Shown here piece by piece: positions 60,156 to 64,000 of a stretch of DNA of 64,000 bases. The stretch spans positions 16,187 to 80,186 of IMG/VR virus record IMGVR_UViG_3300020463_001735; one strand, written 5' to 3'. Within the stretch, counting starts at the first letter, position 1. Each line of letters begins with the position of its first letter. The stretch comes from a virus. The notes under the pieces are model-generated. The model worked only from the letters and a program-made list of their open reading frames with translations. It was not told the origin of the DNA and made no database searches. The position numbers and the translations under genes are program-made.

Positions 60156-61900
60156 GTTGGAAAAAATATTTTACACCATTAGATGCAACAAACAATCCAG
60201 ACGGTGGCTACAGTGCCATGGGAGGCCCTTCTAGTGCTTCAGGAGTAGGACCTGCTAGATCAAACTATTCTAGTTTTTTGCCAGATGTATACGTAGGATC
60301 ACCAAATAGAGTAGAACGCTATGGGCAATACAACACAATGGATATGGATTCCGAAGTAAATGCCGCATTAGATATACTTGCAGAATTTTGCACACAACAA
60401 AGCGAAGAAAATGGAACTAATTTTACTTTTAATTTTAACAAGAGTGCAACAAATTCAGAAATAACAATACTAGGACAATATTTAAAACAATGGTGTAAAA
60501 TGAATCAATTCGAAACCAGAATGTTTCGAATTTTTCGTAATGTATTTAAAATGGGTGATGCATTCTTTATGCGTGATCCAGAAACAAAAAAACTTTTCCA
60601 TGTAGATTCTGCAAAAGTTACAAAAATTATTGTTAACGAGTCAGAAGGCAAAAAACCTGAACAATATATTATTAAAGATATTAATCTAAATTTTAGAGAT
60701 TTAGTTGCAACTAAACCTTATACTACAAATGGCGATGCAACAGCACCAGGTAGTTCTTACAATATTGGAGGCGCAAGGGGACAGGTAGGAAGCACAAGCA
60801 TATCAAACAGTTCAAGATTCAACAAAGAACAAGGTGAAATTGCTGTAGACGCAGATAACATGATGCATCTAAGTTTATCTGAAGGATTAGATAATAATGC
60901 ACCTTTTGGAAACAGCTTGCTTGAAAGCATTTTTAAAGTTTACAAACAAAAAGAATTACTAGAAGATGCTATAATTATATACAGAGTACAGAGAGCACCA
61001 GAACGCAGAGTATTCTACGTTGATGTGGGTAACATGCCGTCACACTTAGCTATGCAATTTGTAGAGCGTGTAAAGACAGAAATACATCAAAGACGTATTC
61101 CATCGTCAACAGGCGGAGGTACAAATGTCATAGACAGTTCTTATAATCCGCTGTCAATCAACGAAGATTACTTTTTCCCACAAACTGCAGAAGGACGTGG
61201 ATCAAAGGTTGAAACACTTCCTGGAGGTACTAACCTAGGAGAAATTGATGACCTTAGATATTTTACTAATAAGCTCGTACGCGGTTTACGAATACCTTCC
61301 AGCTATCTCCCTACAGGTGCTGATGAAGGCACTAATGCCTTCCAGGACGGAAGAGTCGGAACTGCATTTATACAAGAATTAAGATTTAACACATACTGTG
61401 AAAGACTACAGAACTTAATTATAGAAGATTTTAATCAAGAATTTAAAAGATATTTGTTGGAAAAAGGTGTTAATATTGATACATCAATGTTTGATCTAAA
61501 ATTTCTTCCACCTCAAAACTTTGCCGCGTATAGACAATCCGAAGTAGATAATGCAAGAGTACCAACATACCAACAAATGGCTCAAATTCCACATATTTCA
61601 AATAGATTTGCTATGAAGCGTTTCTTAGGTATGAGTGCAGAAGAGATTGCAGAAAATGAACGTATGTGGAAAGAAGAAAATGCAGAAAATATTACAGCAC
61701 CTCCGGTAGATGGAGCCGCAGAAATGAGAAGTGTAGGTATTAATTCAGCAGGTATTAGTGCAGATATTGCAGGTGCAGAAGATATTGCAACTGATGGAGA
61801 AGAACCTGAAGTAGGTGCAGATGACGCTGGGCCTGAAACAGCAACAGGAGATGCGCCGGCTGCTGGAGCAGCACCTCCAGCAACGGATCAAACGATATAA
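60152..61900 (+). CDS. gp20: Portal protein, T4 gp20-like
   Basis: LLEDAIIIYRVQRAPERRVFYVDVGNMP, EDYFFP, ETLPGG.NLGEIDD. Confidence 0.95.
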   Translation: MSWKKYFTPLDATNNPDGGYSAMGGPSSASGVGPARSNYSSFLPDVYVGSPNRVERYGQYNTMDMDSEVNAALDILAEFCTQQSEENGTNFTFNFNKSATNSEITILGQYLKQWCKMNQFETRMFRIFRNVFKMGDAFFMRDPETKKLFHVDSAKVTKIIVNESEGKKPEQYIIKDINLNFRDLVATKPYTTNGDATAPGSSYNIGGARGQVGSTSISNSSRFNKEQGEIAVDADNMMHLSLSEGLDNNAPFGNSLLESIFKVYKQKELLEDAIIIYRVQRAPERRVFYVDVGNMPSHLAMQFVERVKTEIHQRRIPSSTGGGTNVIDSSYNPLSINEDYFFPQTAEGRGSKVETLPGGTNLGEIDDLRYFTNKLVRGLRIPSSYLPTGADEGTNAFQDGRVGTAFIQELRFNTYCERLQNLIIEDFNQEFKRYLLEKGVNIDTSMFDLKFLPPQNFAAYRQSEVDNARVPTYQQMAQIPHISNRFAMKRFLGMSAEEIAENERMWKEENAENITAPPVDGAAEMRSVGINSAGISADIAGAEDIATDGEEPEVGADDAGPETATGDAPAAGAAPPATDQTI

Positions 61901-61903
61901 ATA
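61896..61903 (+). promoter_or_regulatory. T4-type late promoter
   Basis: Exact TATAAATA upstream of 61909. Confidence 0.6.
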
Positions 61904-61908
61904 ATACT

Positions 61909-62157
61909 ATGATACTAAGAGAACTATTTTATTACGATAAAGAAACTTTAGAACCTGTAGAAGACAACAGGTATGATCCTCTTAGCGACGATAGCATCTT
62001 AGATATCGACGATACAAGAAAAACAAGATTAACACTTAACCAAATCAACCGAGCAAGGAAAGCAAGCGAACTACATATTAAAGAAAAGCAAGAAGAACTT
62101 GACTTTATTAGACAAATGTATGGAATAGCCGCACAGCAAGCCGCAGCCGGGATGTAA
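61909..62157 (+). CDS. Small head-cluster protein
   Basis: 82 aa directly after the portal gene; TRKTRLTL..IN..R...MYG. Confidence 0.65.
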   Translation: MILRELFYYDKETLEPVEDNRYDPLSDDSILDIDDTRKTRLTLNQINRARKASELHIKEKQEELDFIRQMYGIAAQQAAAGM

Positions 62158-62160
62158 GAT

Positions 62161-62889
62161 TTGGTAAAGATCGACAAGCACCAGTACACAAAAGAAGAAT
62201 GGCACCGTATTCGAGACGCAAGACGTCGAGAAAAAGCAATTAAGCGTGGGCTTACACCACCTCCTGTAAAAAATGATCCACATTCTAACCTAAAAAGAAG
62301 TAAACATCAAGCATTTGTACTAGGTAATGGTACTAGTAGGGTAGATATCATACCAGATGAACTTATACTTCATGGAAAAATTTACGGCTGTAACGCAATA
62401 TACAGAACTTTTGTTCCGGATTACTTGGTAGCTGTTGATGTAAAAATGGTTTTAGAAATAAACAAAGCCAAATATCAACATAAACACACAGTCTGGACCA
62501 ATCCAAACAAAGCATTTCAGTCTATGAAGGGATTAAATTTCTTTCAACCAAGTAAAGGATGGTCAAGTGGACCCACAGCATTATGGTTTGCTAGTCAGCA
62601 TGGATACGAAAAACTGTATATACTAGGATTTGATTATAAAGGACTAAATGACGGAAGCAAATTTAATAATATATACGCTGATACACCAAACTATAAAAAA
62701 AGTTTGGATGGAGCAACATTTTATGGTAATTGGCTTAGACAGACAAAACAAGTTATAAAAGAAAATCCAAATATTCAATATATTCGTGTTAAACTAGCTG
62801 ATAATTTTGAGCCAGAAGAACTAAATATTTTTCTAAATTACAAGACGATCACTGTCGATCAGTTCAAAAAACAGCTAAATCTTAGCTAA
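62161..62889 (+). CDS. Maf/DUF115-like (sialyltransferase-fold) transferase
   Basis: VLGNGTS, YGCNA, PDYLVAVD, SSGPTAL, YILGFD. Confidence 0.6.
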   Translation: MVKIDKHQYTKEEWHRIRDARRREKAIKRGLTPPPVKNDPHSNLKRSKHQAFVLGNGTSRVDIIPDELILHGKIYGCNAIYRTFVPDYLVAVDVKMVLEINKAKYQHKHTVWTNPNKAFQSMKGLNFFQPSKGWSSGPTALWFASQHGYEKLYILGFDYKGLNDGSKFNNIYADTPNYKKSLDGATFYGNWLRQTKQVIKENPNIQYIRVKLADNFEPEELNIFLNYKTITVDQFKKQLNLS

Positions 62890-62932
62890 AATCGGTCGGT
62901 GTAACAAAAACGGCCCATTTTTGGCGTATTTC

Positions 62933-62961
62933 TACGCACTTTTTCTCCTCTTTACTAAATA
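62933..62961 (+). promoter_or_regulatory. Late promoter with upstream TACGCAC element
   Basis: TACGCAC-N16-TAAATA upstream of the head core gene. Confidence 0.55.
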
Positions 62962-63014
62962 CTATTGACAGCCTAGCCATAGGTACATTTAAAAAACATA
63001 AACAGGAGAAGAAA

Positions 63015-64000
63015 ATGGCAGATCGTAACAAGTTTGAAGAAATGCTTGAGCGCCTAGTCAATGAAGACAAAGCTGGTGCAGAAGAGCTATTTCACGAAAT
63101 TGTGGTTGAAAAATCACGTGATATTTATGAAGGACTACTAGAATCAGATCTAGAGGACGAAGTTGATGAAACAACTGATGAAGAAGTAGATGAGACAAAA
63201 GATGAAGAAGTCGATGAAGCTACTGACGAAGAAGTTGATGAAACAAAAGATGAAGAAGTAGACGAAGCTAACGACGAAGAAGTCGATGAAGCTAAGGATG
63301 AAGAGACAAATGAAGAATTTGATCTTGATGAGTTTGAAGTTGCTGAAGAAGATCCAACAGACGATATGATGTCAGACATGGAGCCAAAAGGCGATATGGA
63401 CATGGATATGGACATGGATATGGATGACGAAGAAGGCGACGGCGACGAAGATATCGAAGATCGTGTAGTTGATCTTGAAGACGCCCTTGATGATCTAAAG
63501 GCAGAATTTGAAAAAATGATGTCAGATGATGACGAAGGTGGCGAAGACGACATGGATGACATGGGTGACGACGAAGGTGAAGATGATGCAGAAGAAGAGT
63601 CATTTGAACTAGAAGCTGCTGATGAAGAAGTTGATGAAACAAAAGACGAAGAAGTTGACGAAGCATCAGATGAAGAAGTTGAAGAAGCACCTAAGTCAGA
63701 CGCAGAACAAATGCGTGAATATGTTGAGAAAGTAAACGTATCACACAGCGATACAGCAGACAATAAAAAGTCTCCAATAGCTGGTAAAAATGATATGGGT
63801 GGCTCAGCATCTAACATTGCCGCAGGTAGTTCAGATGAAAAAGGTCGCACTGCACCAACTTCAAAAGAAGATTCCGCTGGAAATAGAAATACTCCAGGCG
63901 GTATGAGTGCCAAAAAAGGCACTAAAAACGAACCTGGTCATGGCGCTGAAAAGAAGTCAAAGCCAGAGACAGCCGACAATAAAAAGCCAATAATTGGCGG
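63015..64000 (+). CDS. Highly acidic prohead core/scaffold-type protein (partial, absent from the ORF track)
   Basis: AGGAG RBS; MADRNKFEEML...; frame open to the window end; DEEVDE(T/A)x repeats. Confidence 0.8.
   Translation, partial: MADRNKFEEMLERLVNEDKAGAEELFHEIVVEKSRDIYEGLLESDLEDEVDETTDEEVDETKDEEVDEATDEEVDETKDEEVDEANDEEVDEAKDEETNEEFDLDEFEVAEEDPTDDMMSDMEPKGDMDMDMDMDMDDEEGDGDEDIEDRVVDLEDALDDLKAEFEKMMSDDDEGGEDDMDDMGDDEGEDDAEEESFELEAADEEVDETKDEEVDEASDEEVEEAPKSDAEQMREYVEKVNVSHSDTADNKKSPIAGKNDMGGSASNIAAGSSDEKGRTAPTSKEDSAGNRNTPGGMSAKKGTKNEPGHGAEKKSKPETADNKKPIIG
63156..63305 (+). repeat. 24-nt tandem repeat encoding DEEVDE(T/A)x (about 6 copies, about 3 more near 63620-63690)
   Basis: GAYGAAGAAGTNGAYGAR units. 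Confidence 0.85.

Noticed and set aside
63156-63305. CRISPR-like periodic repeat
   Set aside because: No spacers; it is an in-frame coding repeat
63125-63922. Ser-rich and Leu/His-rich minus-strand ORFs
   Set aside because: Antisense shadows of the acidic repeat gene starting at 63015

Overview
This is a 64-kb segment of a large, AT-rich, distantly T4-related myovirus genome. 1-12.1 kb (+): a tightly coupled modification cluster with a kinase-like protein, radical SAMs (one apparently split), an SGNH protein, a DegT aminotransferase, two QueC-like PP-loop ATPases, two nitroreductases, a cysteine hydrolase, a carbamoyltransferase and a methyltransferase. 12.1-18.9 kb (-): a glycosyltransferase/SGNH/radical SAM operon with a sigma70-type promoter. 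18.9-51.3 kb (-): tail fibre and baseplate genes (three paralogous fibres, a 4955-aa giant protein, and gp6-, gp25-, gp5-, hub-, gp53- and gp48/54-like genes). 51.4-55.7 kb (+): gp55-like late sigma factor, gp47/gp46 and a stand-alone GIY-YIG domain. 57-64 kb: gp26/gp51-like genes, tape measure, portal, a Maf-like transferase and the start of an acidic prohead core protein. The strongest unexplained signal is a ~285-nt densely base-paired, pseudoknotted non-coding element directly after the minimal GIY-YIG gene, followed by four abutting GNA-loop hairpins. Other notable signals are a likely -1 frameshift joining the gp26-like and gp51-like frames, a TKGGPGD motif shared by two unrelated enzymes, and a TACGCAC element upstream of several late promoters. 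All calls come from reading motifs by eye; no database searches were run.
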